Assembly (NCBI GenBank): GCA_000270325.1
Contig: BA000048.1
Location: 1,605,481 to 1,669,480, forward strand
Origin: Candidatus Caldarchaeum subterraneum
GTDB taxonomy: Archaea > Thermoproteota > Nitrososphaeria_A > Caldarchaeales > Caldarchaeaceae
Reading direction: 5' to 3'
DNA length: 64,000 nt
The translations under genes and the position numbers were made by a program. This document shows positions 19,652-29,782 of this stretch, in pieces. The notes under the pieces are model-generated. The model worked only from the letters and a program-made list of their open reading frames with translations. It was not told the DNA's origin and did not search any database. Position 1 is the stretch's first letter. Every line of letters begins with the position of its first letter.

Positions 19652-20350
19652 ATGAATAGAATCGGCTTAATTGTCCCCTCGTCCAACACGACCATGGAGA
19701 GGGAGTTTTGGGAATCTCTAAACGGCCATGCGACGATACATGCTGGCCGTGTTTTTCTGGAGAATGTTATGGTTTCTGAGTTAACCGTATTGGAGGATGA
19801 AGCGGTTAGGGAGGCGCGGAAACTGGTTACGGCGGGGGTTGATGTTCTCGTTTATGGCTGCACAAGCGGAAGCTTTGTCAAAGGCCCTCAGCAATATAGC
19901 GGTATCGAGGAGAAGCTCGAGAAACTGGGTAAACCAGCTGTAGCGACTTCAGGGGCTGTCATTAGAGCACTTACTCACTTGGGGGCGGGGAAAATCTCCC
20001 TAATCACACCATATACAAGAGACATCACAGAGGTTGAGAAAGCTTTCTTGGCGAAACATGGTTTCGAGGTCCTCTCCACCTTCCACGCATCCATAGTGGC
20101 CAACCTCGATATTGGCATGGTAAAGGATGATGAGGTAGCTGAATGGGCTACGGAGAACACTCACCCCGACTCGGACGCCATCTTCATAAGCTGCACAAAC
20201 CTCAGCACCTTCAAAGCCATCAAAAGAATCGAGGAAAACACAGGAAAGCCCGTGGTTTCAAGCAACTCGGCAACCCTCTGGAACGTGCTCCAAAAGCTAA
20301 ACAAGAAGATCGACCTGCCTCTGCTGGGCATGCTGTTCTCAGCGAGGTAA
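19652..20350 (+). CDS. Asp/Glu/hydantoin racemase superfamily (maleate isomerase-like)
   Basis: IVPSSNTTME; catalytic Cys pair in YGCTSGS and ISCTNL; SSN. Confidence 0.88.
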   Translation: MNRIGLIVPSSNTTMEREFWESLNGHATIHAGRVFLENVMVSELTVLEDEAVREARKLVTAGVDVLVYGCTSGSFVKGPQQYSGIEEKLEKLGKPAVATSGAVIRALTHLGAGKISLITPYTRDITEVEKAFLAKHGFEVLSTFHASIVANLDIGMVKDDEVAEWATENTHPDSDAIFISCTNLSTFKAIKRIEENTGKPVVSSNSATLWNVLQKLNKKIDLPLLGMLFSAR

Positions 20351-20356
20351 TCATTC

Positions 20357-22408
20357 TTGGCAAAGGTTGTAGCCGCTGTGGATGTAGGCGGCACCTTCAC
20401 GGACCTGGTCGCGGTTGATGAAAGCGATGGCAGGTTATACAAGGTTAAGACTCGCAGCACGCCGCATAGACCCGAGGAGGGCTTTCTAGACGCAGTACAA
20501 AAGTTGCTGGAGAATTTCTCCCCAAAAGATTTTGAGCTTATCATACACGTTAACACTATCGGGACTAATCTTTTCAGAGGCCAGCTGGCCCTCAAGATGC
20601 CTGCTGTATCGCTTGTGACTACGAAGGGGTTTAGAGATGTGGTTGAGATAGGGAGGCAGAACAGGCCAGAGCTCTACAACATCTTCTACAGAAGACCCGA
20701 CCCAATAGTGCCTCGTGAGAGACGGTTCGAGGTTTCTGAAAGGGTTGACGGGAAAGGCGAGGTGTTGAAGGAGGTTGATGAGAGAGAGCTTGAGGCCCTA
20801 GCTGAGCAAATAGAGAAAATAGGCACAGAATCGGTAGCCATATGTTTCCTCAACAGCTACCTGAATCCCGTTAATGAAAAAAGAGCTAAAGAAGTTTTGA
20901 GGAGGTGTCTAAACGCATTAATTTTCACATCATATGAAGTGGACCCCGAGCATCGCGAATATGAGCGGACTAGCACGACCGTGGTCAACGCGGCTTTGGC
21001 GCCCGTCGTGTCGAGATACATCGCTTCTGTGAGACAGGGGCTTGATGGGCTGGGTATCACCTGCCCTGTCCAGATAATGAGCTCTGCCGGAGGGCTTGTC
21101 GACGTGGATGAAGCTGTCAACCGGCCAGTCGCATGTATAGAGTCTGGGCCAGCGGCGGGGGTGATTGGGGCTGCTAAAGTCGCAGAAGCAATCGGGCTGA
21201 AGCGTGTCATTAGCTTTGACATGGGTGGGACGACGGCTAAAACGGGAGTTGTTGTGGATGGCTTGCCCGCCACTGTTCCAGAGATAGAGGTAGGGGGCCG
21301 TGTCCACATGGGGAGAATAATAAAAGGAAGCGGGTACCCTGTTAGGTTCCCGTCAATAGACCTAGCGGAGGTGAGCGCCGGAGGAGGCACAATAATACAA
21401 GTGTCCAAAACAGGCGGGCTTCAAGTGGGTCCGCTGAGCGCGGGAGCCGACCCGGGTCCAGCTTGCTATGGAATGGGCGGGGTAGAGCCAACTATCACTG
21501 ACGCTAACCATCTCCTCGGCAGAGTTGAGCACCTACTTGGAGGAGAGATGAAGCTTGACACAGTTCTCGCAGAGAAGGCGATGGAGAAGGTGGCTAAGCA
21601 GCTTGGCCAGAACTTGGTGGAGACATCGTGGAACTCACTCGTCCTCGCAAACCTCCATATGGCAAGAGCCGTGCACATAGTAACGCTTGAACGTGGCCTT
21701 GACCCGACAGAGTTCACGCTCGTCGCCTTCGGTGGAGCAGGGCCAATGCACGCGGCCGAGCTCGCACAACAAATAGGAATATCCAAAATTGTTATCCCAC
21801 CTAGCCCAGGCCTCTTCTCCTCGCTCGGCCTGTTGATGACAGACATGAAATACAGTTACGTCAGAGGATACGTCAAAACTCTCAGTAAAGACGACGAGCA
21901 AAAAATCGAGCAAACCTACAGAGAGATAGAAGAATATGCCGTTGGGCAGTTAAGCAGAAAAGTTGCGTTGAAAGAATACCGCATCGTAAGGACAATAGAC
22001 CTCCGATACCTCGGACAAGGATACGAGATAGAGGTAGATGCTCCGCGTCCCTTCAACATCGATGAGGTGTTCACGAAGTTTGAAGAGCTTCACTCCTCAA
22101 CCTACGGATACAAACATGTCGGCGAAAAAATCGAATCAACAGCTTTACGAGTCTACATCATCATCCATACCAGCAGACCATCACTCCCAAAAACATATGA
22201 CCAGAGAAGATACGCCGCGAAACGTGTCCGCCGTGTCTTCTTCGGGGAAGGTTTTATGGACTCGCCGGTGCTTTGGAGAGAGGCTCTAGAAACGGGATAT
22301 GAGGCCGAAGGCCCGTTGGTCATCGAGGAATACGACTCAACCACTGTCGTTCCACCTGGCTGGAGTATACATGTGGAGGAGAACGGCTGCATGGTGATGG
22401 AACGTTGA
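20357..22408 (+). CDS. ATP-dependent hydantoinase/5-oxoprolinase subunit A
   Basis: DVGGTFTD, ESGPAAG, DMGGTT and SAGADPGPACY. Confidence 0.93.
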   Translation: MAKVVAAVDVGGTFTDLVAVDESDGRLYKVKTRSTPHRPEEGFLDAVQKLLENFSPKDFELIIHVNTIGTNLFRGQLALKMPAVSLVTTKGFRDVVEIGRQNRPELYNIFYRRPDPIVPRERRFEVSERVDGKGEVLKEVDERELEALAEQIEKIGTESVAICFLNSYLNPVNEKRAKEVLRRCLNALIFTSYEVDPEHREYERTSTTVVNAALAPVVSRYIASVRQGLDGLGITCPVQIMSSAGGLVDVDEAVNRPVACIESGPAAGVIGAAKVAEAIGLKRVISFDMGGTTAKTGVVVDGLPATVPEIEVGGRVHMGRIIKGSGYPVRFPSIDLAEVSAGGGTIIQVSKTGGLQVGPLSAGADPGPACYGMGGVEPTITDANHLLGRVEHLLGGEMKLDTVLAEKAMEKVAKQLGQNLVETSWNSLVLANLHMARAVHIVTLERGLDPTEFTLVAFGGAGPMHAAELAQQIGISKIVIPPSPGLFSSLGLLMTDMKYSYVRGYVKTLSKDDEQKIEQTYREIEEYAVGQLSRKVALKEYRIVRTIDLRYLGQGYEIEVDAPRPFNIDEVFTKFEELHSSTYGYKHVGEKIESTALRVYIIIHTSRPSLPKTYDQRRYAAKRVRRVFFGEGFMDSPVLWREALETGYEAEGPLVIEEYDSTTVVPPGWSIHVEENGCMVMER

Positions 22409-23973
22409 GCCTACCCCACGAGGTTGTCAAGTACAGCCTTCTATACATATCTGAGGAGATGGGCGTGGCTCTCCGCAAGTCAGCTTTCTCACCCAACATC
22501 CGAGAAAGAGCGGACCACAGCTGCGCCATCCTCGACTGGAGAGGGAGACTGATAGGACAAGCGGAGCACATACCTGTCCACATAGGCTCCCTTCCCCACG
22601 GCCTCAAAAACACCCTCGCATACTTGGAGAAGAAAGGGGTGGAAATGTCTCCGGGGGACATGTATGTTCTCAACGACCCCTACATAGCAGGCACACATCT
22701 CAACGATATCACAACAATAAGACCCATATTTTACCGAGGAGAGCTCGTCGCATACGTCGCAAATAAAGCCCATCACGTCGATGTCGGAGGCATAGACCCC
22801 TCTAGCATCTCGATACGTGCGGAAACGCTTCTCCAAGAGGGAATAGTTATTCCACCGGTAAAGCTGATGAAAGAAAACAAGATTATGGAAGATGTCGTGG
22901 ATATTCTGAGAAACAATACAAGGATACCTGATATAACTCTCGGAGACCTACGGGCGCAGATAGCAGCCAACCTGATAGGCGAGAAAAAACTTCTAGACTT
23001 GATAGAGAAAGTTTCGCTACCGGTTTTCAGAGAAGCGGTGGAACAGATCATAGAGAAAACAAACCAGCTGGTCAGGCAGGAGGTTGCCCAGCTTCCATGG
23101 GGCAGGGCCGTCGGCGAGGATTTTCTGGAGCTCGATGAAAGGGACCTTGTAATCAAGGCGGATGTCGAAGTAGGCTCCCAGGGTTTTCGCGTGAACTTCG
23201 CCGGCACAGACAGACAGGTTAACAAACCGCTTAACGCTGTCCTAGGTGTCACCATAGCGGCGACAACCTACACCATCAGAACACTCCTCGGCCCCGACAT
23301 ACTGTTGAACGAGGGATTTACTGAGACGTTGTCTATACATGCTCCAGAAGGGACGCTGGTCAACCCCGTCAAACCGGCGCCTGTTGCGGCTGGAAACCTC
23401 GAAACAAGCCAGAGAATAGTCGACACGATCTACAAAGCCTTGTCAGAGATTATGCATGACAGAATTCCGGCAGCCAGCACCGGCAGCATGAATAACCTGA
23501 TGATGGGTGGAATACATCCCGAGACAGGGAAAGCATGGGCCTTTTACGAAACCATAGGCGGGGGAGGAGGTGCAAGACCAGGCATGGACGGCGTCGACGG
23601 CATACACTGCCACATGACTAACACCCTCAACACACCTATCGAGGTAATCGAACACTACTACCCTGTGCTGTTCATGTCTTATAGGTTCAGGGATGGAAGC
23701 GGAGGTGTGGGAAGGTGGAGAGGAGGAATGGGAATTGAGCGGAGCCTCAAGGCGTTAGCACCCATCCACGTCGCGGTTATGGGTGATAGAAGCCGACACA
23801 GGCCCTGGGGCCTGAAAGGTGGAGGAGAAGGCGCGCCAAGCGAATATCTTATCAAGAAAGTTGACGGAACAATCATCAAACTCAGCTCCAAAGACGTAGC
23901 CACACTAAACCCCGGGGACATCATCATAATAAGAACAGCAGGAGGCGGTGGATACGGTCGAATGGATAGTTAG
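22405..23973 (+). CDS. hydantoinase/5-oxoprolinase subunit B
   Basis: SPNIRE, NDPY.GTHLND, AHH.D and TAGGGGYG. Confidence 0.93.
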   Translation: MSLPHEVVKYSLLYISEEMGVALRKSAFSPNIRERADHSCAILDWRGRLIGQAEHIPVHIGSLPHGLKNTLAYLEKKGVEMSPGDMYVLNDPYIAGTHLNDITTIRPIFYRGELVAYVANKAHHVDVGGIDPSSISIRAETLLQEGIVIPPVKLMKENKIMEDVVDILRNNTRIPDITLGDLRAQIAANLIGEKKLLDLIEKVSLPVFREAVEQIIEKTNQLVRQEVAQLPWGRAVGEDFLELDERDLVIKADVEVGSQGFRVNFAGTDRQVNKPLNAVLGVTIAATTYTIRTLLGPDILLNEGFTETLSIHAPEGTLVNPVKPAPVAAGNLETSQRIVDTIYKALSEIMHDRIPAASTGSMNNLMMGGIHPETGKAWAFYETIGGGGGARPGMDGVDGIHCHMTNTLNTPIEVIEHYYPVLFMSYRFRDGSGGVGRWRGGMGIERSLKALAPIHVAVMGDRSRHRPWGLKGGGEGAPSEYLIKKVDGTIIKLSSKDVATLNPGDIIIIRTAGGGGYGRMDS

Positions 23974-24032
23974 GTGCCTAGGCTTCTACGTGCGTGGAAT
24001 TTAATAACGGGCATTTTCGTGAGATATGCGGA

Positions 24033-24602
24033 TTGGCTGAGGAGTTTAAGCTGTTTGGGCAGTGGAGTGTTGAGGGCGTGGAGGTTTTAGACGAGGGGCT
24101 AAAGAAATACATATCGCTGAAGCCGCAGGTTGTTCCTCATTCGGGTGGACGCCATGAACATCGTAGATTCGCCAAGTCGCAGCTGAACATAGCTGAGCGC
24201 CTCGCCAACATGTTGATGAGACCTGGGAAAAACGGTGGAAAAAAGAGCAAGGCCCTCGCAGCGGTGAGGAACGCTCTCTGGATAATCCATCTACGGACCG
24301 GTAAGAACCCGTTGGAGGTTTTGGTCAGGGCTGTTGAGAACTCAGCTCCCCTCGAGGACGTCACACGCCTCAGTTACGGTGGAATAGTTTACTTCAAAGC
24401 CGTTGACATCAGCCCACAGAGAAGGGTGGACCTCGCCCTCAGAAACATCGCTCAAGCAGCTCGCGAAAACTCTTTCAGAACAAGGAGAACAATCGACGAG
24501 GCTTTAGCTGAGGAGATCATCCTCGCCTCCGAAAAAGACAGCAAGAGCTTCGCAGTGAAACGTAGAATTGAGCTGGAGCGGGTGGCGCTGGCCTCTCGTT
24601 AG
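24033..24602 (+). CDS. rps7: 30S ribosomal protein uS7
   Basis: PHSGGRH, NPLEVLVRAVENS, VDISPQRRVD and ELERVA.ASR; TTG start at 24033 inferred. Confidence 0.95.
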   Translation: MAEEFKLFGQWSVEGVEVLDEGLKKYISLKPQVVPHSGGRHEHRRFAKSQLNIAERLANMLMRPGKNGGKKSKALAAVRNALWIIHLRTGKNPLEVLVRAVENSAPLEDVTRLSYGGIVYFKAVDISPQRRVDLALRNIAQAARENSFRTRRTIDEALAEEIILASEKDSKSFAVKRRIELERVALASR

Positions 24603-26167
24603 CCTAGGCATCTTCTAATCCCGGCTGCTCTAAGCAGCTCCAGACGCGCCTCCTCCAAATTTTCCTCCATATATGCTATGAGGAAATTGTTGAGTATGTT
24701 GCTGTATTTTCTCTCCGAAGATGTTTTGGGCCCCGGCTTTATGTTTAGGAGATCTTGTGCGGCTTCGAGGTCCTCGACGTAGAGTGGCAAAGCTTCTCTA
24801 AGGGGCTGCAGTTCATGCTTATCTTTGGATTCCTCGCTCAGCAGCGTGTTGATGTTGTCGAAGCAAACCAGCGGAGCGACTCTGCGCAAATCTTCGGCAA
24901 GATTGTAGAACTCCTTCAACACATCAAATTCCTCTTCAGATAGTTGGTAGAGGAAGCGGAGGCCTATAAACTCGGGAGGCAGGCCGAGTGTGTAAAAGGA
25001 GCATGCATATGGGATGGCTCTCGGCAGCTCAACCCCTCCAAGCACACGCGAGTAGGCGAAAGCACCGACATGTAGCTTGCGTCTCCGCCTCGCAGGCGTC
25101 AGCGCCGAGACACGGGCTATGGATGGTGCAGCCACCTCGGCGAAAGCCCTATAAGCCTGGGAACCTTTGGCGATAACCTTTAAAACCGTTTCAACACTCT
25201 CAATTATCGTTGACCGTTTTTCGATGGGTAATGTATTGTTGATGCTCTTTATAGCTTCCTTCACAATGTTTTGTGGATAATCGTAGCGGAAGGCGGACTG
25301 TATGGTTACCGTGGATACGCCGCCGTATTCTTCGTAGAATTTTTCTAGATGTGTTGGGCTGAGTCCGCCTCTGAAAGGAAGTGTTCCAACGCCTATGATT
25401 GTGTGAACAGGTATGCCTGTGTTTGTGGATAGGTTTTGCAGCTTGTCTATGGCTAGTTTGGCCATCAACGTGGCTGCGACGAGGCCGTTGTTGAGCGCCG
25501 GGTCTGAGCGGGCGATGAAGGCTCGCACATAACGCGGCGAGGTCAGCTCTATGAACCTTCCCAGTATAGTGTCGGCGTTGAGCATCGAGTCTAGGTCTTC
25601 GAAAAGTGGGATGACCTCGATTTTTTCTGGGCTGATTTTTCCGATGATGTCTCCTAGCGTGATGTTTGGATAGTCGATGACTATTTCCTCCAGCTGGACA
25701 ACCGCTTTTCTATAGGTGTTGACCACACGTATGAGTTGGTTTACTGATGTGGTGAAGGGGAGGATGACTTCGAAGACGGGCGGGTTCACCTGGCGGCCGT
25801 AGAATGCCTCGCATGCGTCGAAATGCTTGGGTATGCTTTGCAGTGTTTCGAAGAAAACTTTCCTGTCGCTTTTCTCCATCGATGGGTTGGGTATGCGGTA
25901 TGTGAGGAAATGGTCTCTCCCGATTATTTTTTCGCGGAAATATTCGGGATGTGTTGTGAGCAGTTTGCGGACGACGTTGAGGTCGACGTCTTTCCCTTCG
26001 GCGTCCCACATCGCTTCCTCGCATCCCAATGTGACCCAGCTCTGGTAAACCTCTTCAACCTCGTCATCACCCTCTATCAGCGGCGTATCTAGCCACGGCG
26101 GGCTGGAGACGTTGTCGGGATGCTGCGAACTCATCGTCCTCGGAATGTGTCTCTCTTCGTTAACCAT
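24599..26167 (-). CDS. ppcA: archaeal phosphoenolpyruvate carboxylase
   Basis: IPRTMSSQHPDN, MWDAEGK, ARSDPA, PFRG, TIQSAF and LPRAI. Confidence 0.95.
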   Translation of the reverse strand: MVNEERHIPRTMSSQHPDNVSSPPWLDTPLIEGDDEVEEVYQSWVTLGCEEAMWDAEGKDVDLNVVRKLLTTHPEYFREKIIGRDHFLTYRIPNPSMEKSDRKVFFETLQSIPKHFDACEAFYGRQVNPPVFEVILPFTTSVNQLIRVVNTYRKAVVQLEEIVIDYPNITLGDIIGKISPEKIEVIPLFEDLDSMLNADTILGRFIELTSPRYVRAFIARSDPALNNGLVAATLMAKLAIDKLQNLSTNTGIPVHTIIGVGTLPFRGGLSPTHLEKFYEEYGGVSTVTIQSAFRYDYPQNIVKEAIKSINNTLPIEKRSTIIESVETVLKVIAKGSQAYRAFAEVAAPSIARVSALTPARRRRKLHVGAFAYSRVLGGVELPRAIPYACSFYTLGLPPEFIGLRFLYQLSEEEFDVLKEFYNLAEDLRRVAPLVCFDNINTLLSEESKDKHELQPLREALPLYVEDLEAAQDLLNIKPGPKTSSERKYSNILNNFLIAYMEENLEEARLELLRAAGIRRCLG

Positions 26168-26169
26168 GG

Positions 26170-27144
26170 CTATTCACGGGAGTAGGGAACACCCAGCGCC
26201 GCGGGAACACCTATTCTCTTGCGCACAGACTCCGCGGACAACAGCGTCAATGTCACTATGGTTACTATGTAGGGGAGCATCAGGAGAAAATATGGAAGCT
26301 GAGCCGCCACGCCCACTAGCTGGAGCCTGAACTGGAGAGCCTCGACTCCGCCGAAGAGATAGGCGCCTAGGATTGCTCTCAGCGGGTTCCATGTCGCGAG
26401 GATGACGAGGGCGAGGGCGATGAAGCCGCGGCCCTGCGTCATCCCCTCTACCCAGAAGGGCTGGTAACCTATGAACAGATAGGCTCCGGCCAGTGAACCC
26501 AGCGCACCGCATATCGTCATCGCTATGTAACGGATGAGGAAGACGTTTACGCCGAGGGCGTCGGCCATCGACGGGTTTTCCCCCACGGAGCGTAGGCTAA
26601 GCCCGAAGCTTGTTTTGAACAAGATGAACCAGAGGACGCCGGCGAGGATAAGGGAGATGTACACAAGTATGTTGTGGCTGAATATCATGGGGCCGATGAT
26701 GGGGATGTTGACTAGGCCTGGGATAGGGATGGGCGGCAGCTTGGCCGCTTCCTGTGATGCGATGACGGCTGGGGAAGCCTCGGGGTTCAAAGCCAGAATT
26801 ATTCTCCCCCTTATCTCGTTTGAGGCAAGCAGGCCGCTCAGGCCAAGGCCAAGGACAGTGAAGGCCAACCCGACGACCACTTGGTTTAGTCTTAGGCTGA
26901 CCGTGAAAAGAGCGTGCATGAGACCCAGAGCAGCTCCCACCAACAACACCGTGGCGATGGCCCAGCCATGGCCCAGAGCGTTCGTGAAAATATAGGAAAG
27001 CGATGCACCCATTATCATCATCCCCTCCATGCCGAGGTTGAGCACCCCAGCGCGTTCAGCAACCGTTTCCCCGAGGGAAGCCAGTAGGAAAACTGTTCCA
27101 GACGCAACAGCTCCAACCAGCACAGATTCAACTAACTCAATCAT
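26170..27144 (-). CDS. nucleoside/purine ABC permease
   Basis: ERAGVLNLG.EG, GENP..AD..G and GRGFIALA. Confidence 0.9.
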   Translation of the reverse strand: MIELVESVLVGAVASGTVFLLASLGETVAERAGVLNLGMEGMMIMGASLSYIFTNALGHGWAIATVLLVGAALGLMHALFTVSLRLNQVVVGLAFTVLGLGLSGLLASNEIRGRIILALNPEASPAVIASQEAAKLPPIPIPGLVNIPIIGPMIFSHNILVYISLILAGVLWFILFKTSFGLSLRSVGENPSMADALGVNVFLIRYIAMTICGALGSLAGAYLFIGYQPFWVEGMTQGRGFIALALVILATWNPLRAILGAYLFGGVEALQFRLQLVGVAAQLPYFLLMLPYIVTIVTLTLLSAESVRKRIGVPAALGVPYSRE

Positions 27145-28205
27145 TTCACAACCCTTAGCCTATATCGTTTGAAAAACTCGCCGAGGATAATCATCAGGAA
27201 GATTGTTGCTTGAAGTATCTGGATTGCTGGGAAGGGGAGGTTGAGTGTTGCCTGTATGACGTCACCGGCAACAAGTAATCCACCAAAGAAAATAGCGGCT
27301 GGAACAGCTAACCAAGGGTTGAGGGCCGCGAGAAAGGCTATGATTATGGCGGTGTATCCGTATCCGACGTAGGCGCTTGGAGGCCTCATCCTGCCGAGAA
27401 TGCCAGCGACTATTGAGAGACCACCTAACCCAGCCAACCCGCCAGCTATCAAGCTGCCGAGTAAAAGTGTCCGCCCAATCCTCACACCCGCGTACCTCGC
27501 CGCTTCATAGTTTTGTCCGAGAACCCTCATCTCGAAGCCCGCGGGCGTGTACAACATGAATCCATACAACAGCCCAGCGATTATGAAGGCGGCTGGGACG
27601 CCGACGTAAGCGGTGTGCCCTAGGATGGTGTCGAGCCTTGCGTATGGTGGGAAAACGATTGAGAGTGGGAAACCGAAACCTTTTGGGTCTCTCCACGGCC
27701 CGTGGATAAGATAGTTGACAAAATGGTATGCGACGTAGTTGAGCATAAGTGTTGGCAGAATTTCGTTTACGCCGAGCTTGGCTTTGAGAAACGCGGGTAA
27801 GGCACAGTATAAGCCACCTGCCAAAAATGACGACACAACCATGAGAGGAAGAACGAGAAAATCGGGAACAAGGCCATAGTAGACATGAAGCAATACAACA
27901 CCGGTTGCAGCGACCATGCCGAGGTATATCTGACCTTCGGCGCCTATGTTCCAGAAATTCATTTTGAAGGCCACGGTTAGACCGAGGGCCGCGAAGCCGA
28001 GTGGCAGCCCGCGGAGAGCAGCCTCTAGAAGCGTTCTCTCGCTGAAATAAACCTCGAAGAGACGCGTGATTACGTCAAAGGCGTTGACACCTAGGATTTC
28101 AAAAATGAGGCCAGCCACAAGAAAGCTGGCCGCGACGAAGATTACCGTGACCGCTGCGGAAAATTTACGCGAGAACTGGCCACGTTTCTCGAGTTTAAGC
28201 ATCAT
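27141..28205 (-). CDS. nucleoside/purine ABC permease
   Basis: WNIGAEGQ, NEI..TLMLNY and GYGYTAI. Confidence 0.9.
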   Translation of the reverse strand: MMLKLEKRGQFSRKFSAAVTVIFVAASFLVAGLIFEILGVNAFDVITRLFEVYFSERTLLEAALRGLPLGFAALGLTVAFKMNFWNIGAEGQIYLGMVAATGVVLLHVYYGLVPDFLVLPLMVVSSFLAGGLYCALPAFLKAKLGVNEILPTLMLNYVAYHFVNYLIHGPWRDPKGFGFPLSIVFPPYARLDTILGHTAYVGVPAAFIIAGLLYGFMLYTPAGFEMRVLGQNYEAARYAGVRIGRTLLLGSLIAGGLAGLGGLSIVAGILGRMRPPSAYVGYGYTAIIIAFLAALNPWLAVPAAIFFGGLLVAGDVIQATLNLPFPAIQILQATIFLMIILGEFFKRYRLRVVK

Positions 28206-29747
28206 CTAGGCGCTGACCTCCGCCCTCTTCACACCCGTCATCATCAGCCCGATTTCCTCCACGTCGTATTCTCCTTTTCTGAGAACACCCACTATCTCGC
28301 CCCGGTACATCACCATTATCCGGTCGCTGAGGCTAATCAATTCCTCGAGCTCCTCCGAGACAAGAAGCACAGCCACACCCTTTTCAGCTCTTCTAACCAG
28401 CTCTTGGTGAATCTGCTCTGTTGAGGCGATGTCAAGCCCGCGGGTGGGGTAGGCCGCCAATATCACTTTAGTGTTGGGTAGGATTCCCAGCTCACGGGCC
28501 AGGACAAGACGCTGAATGTTTCCGCCCGAAAGGTTTGCCACCTTGTTGGAGATCGTCGGTGTAACTATTCGGAAGGCTTTCACAAGCTCCTCAGCCTTCA
28601 GGTTAACATCCCGCCATCTTATCAGAAACCTATTGCCGAAAAGATGGTTTCTATATGCTTTGAGGACAAGGTTCTCTGCGACTGTCATTTCCGGTGCAGA
28701 GTAGCGTAGGGCCTCTGCAGGTATGTAGCTGACGCCGGCGTCGATTATCTCCTGTGGATGCCTGTTTGTGATGTCTACTCCGTCAAGCCATACTTTTCCG
28801 CGCACAATTTTCCTAAGGCCCGCGAGTGCTTCTAGAAGCTCTGTCTGACCGTTTCCCGAAACACCCGCTATGCCGAGAATCTCACCACGGTATAGCTTGA
28901 AGGAGACGTTTCGCACAGCCTCTAAGCCTTTGTCACCTAGGACCACGAGTCCCGATGCTTCGAGAACCGGTTTCGAAGTGTCAAGACTTCTTGTTGATGT
29001 TATTTTTAGCAGTGGTCTTCCAATCATGAGTTCAACCAGCTCCTCTATGTTTGTCTCGTTGACGTTTTTCGTGGCCACGTTTCTGCCAGCCCTCATAACA
29101 GTCACTCTATCGGCTACGTTGAAAACTTCCTCGAGCTTATGAGTAATTAAAACCACCCCCAGCCCCTGGGTAGCCATTTTGCGGAGAGTCTGGAAAAGCG
29201 CAACACTTTCCTGTGGAGTAAGCACGGACGTCGGCTCATCAAGTATGAGTATCCTCACTTTTCTGTAGAGTGCTTTGAGCAGCTCGACCTGCTGCTTCTC
29301 GCCGGCGGAGAGCTGCCATACACGTGCGTTGGGGGAGATTGTCCAGCCATATGTTTGTATCAGCTGGGTTAGCTCGTTGTTTATTTTGCGCTCGTTTATC
29401 ACGAAGCCGAGCTCCCTTAGCCCAAGGATGACGTTTTCAGCGACGGTGTGTACGGGTATGAGTTTGAACTGCTGATGAACCATCCCTATTCCAAGTGTGA
29501 GAGCGTCACGGGGGCCTCTGATGTCCACCTTCTTGCCGTACACCCATATCTCACCTGCGTCGGGCCTGTAGATGCCGTAGAGAATGTTCATCAAGGTGGA
29601 TTTTCCTGCACCGTTCTCGCCCAGCAGTGCGTGAACCTCGCCGGGCCTAAGCGTAAAATTCACATTATCATTAGCAACAACGTTGGGAAACTTCTTAACT
29701 ATGCCCCTCATCTCAACAAGGTGCTCGGGCCCGGACATGCGGACCAC
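28206..29747 (-). CDS. nucleoside/purine ABC ATPase (two ABC domains)
   Basis: VVAND, GENGAGKST, LSGGNIQ and PTRGLD. Confidence 0.92.
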   Translation of the reverse strand: MVRMSGPEHLVEMRGIVKKFPNVVANDNVNFTLRPGEVHALLGENGAGKSTLMNILYGIYRPDAGEIWVYGKKVDIRGPRDALTLGIGMVHQQFKLIPVHTVAENVILGLRELGFVINERKINNELTQLIQTYGWTISPNARVWQLSAGEKQQVELLKALYRKVRILILDEPTSVLTPQESVALFQTLRKMATQGLGVVLITHKLEEVFNVADRVTVMRAGRNVATKNVNETNIEELVELMIGRPLLKITSTRSLDTSKPVLEASGLVVLGDKGLEAVRNVSFKLYRGEILGIAGVSGNGQTELLEALAGLRKIVRGKVWLDGVDITNRHPQEIIDAGVSYIPAEALRYSAPEMTVAENLVLKAYRNHLFGNRFLIRWRDVNLKAEELVKAFRIVTPTISNKVANLSGGNIQRLVLARELGILPNTKVILAAYPTRGLDIASTEQIHQELVRRAEKGVAVLLVSEELEELISLSDRIMVMYRGEIVGVLRKGEYDVEEIGLMMTGVKRAEVSA

Positions 29748-29782
29748 GACAAAAATACAAAAAAATTGTTGAGAGTTTTTGT

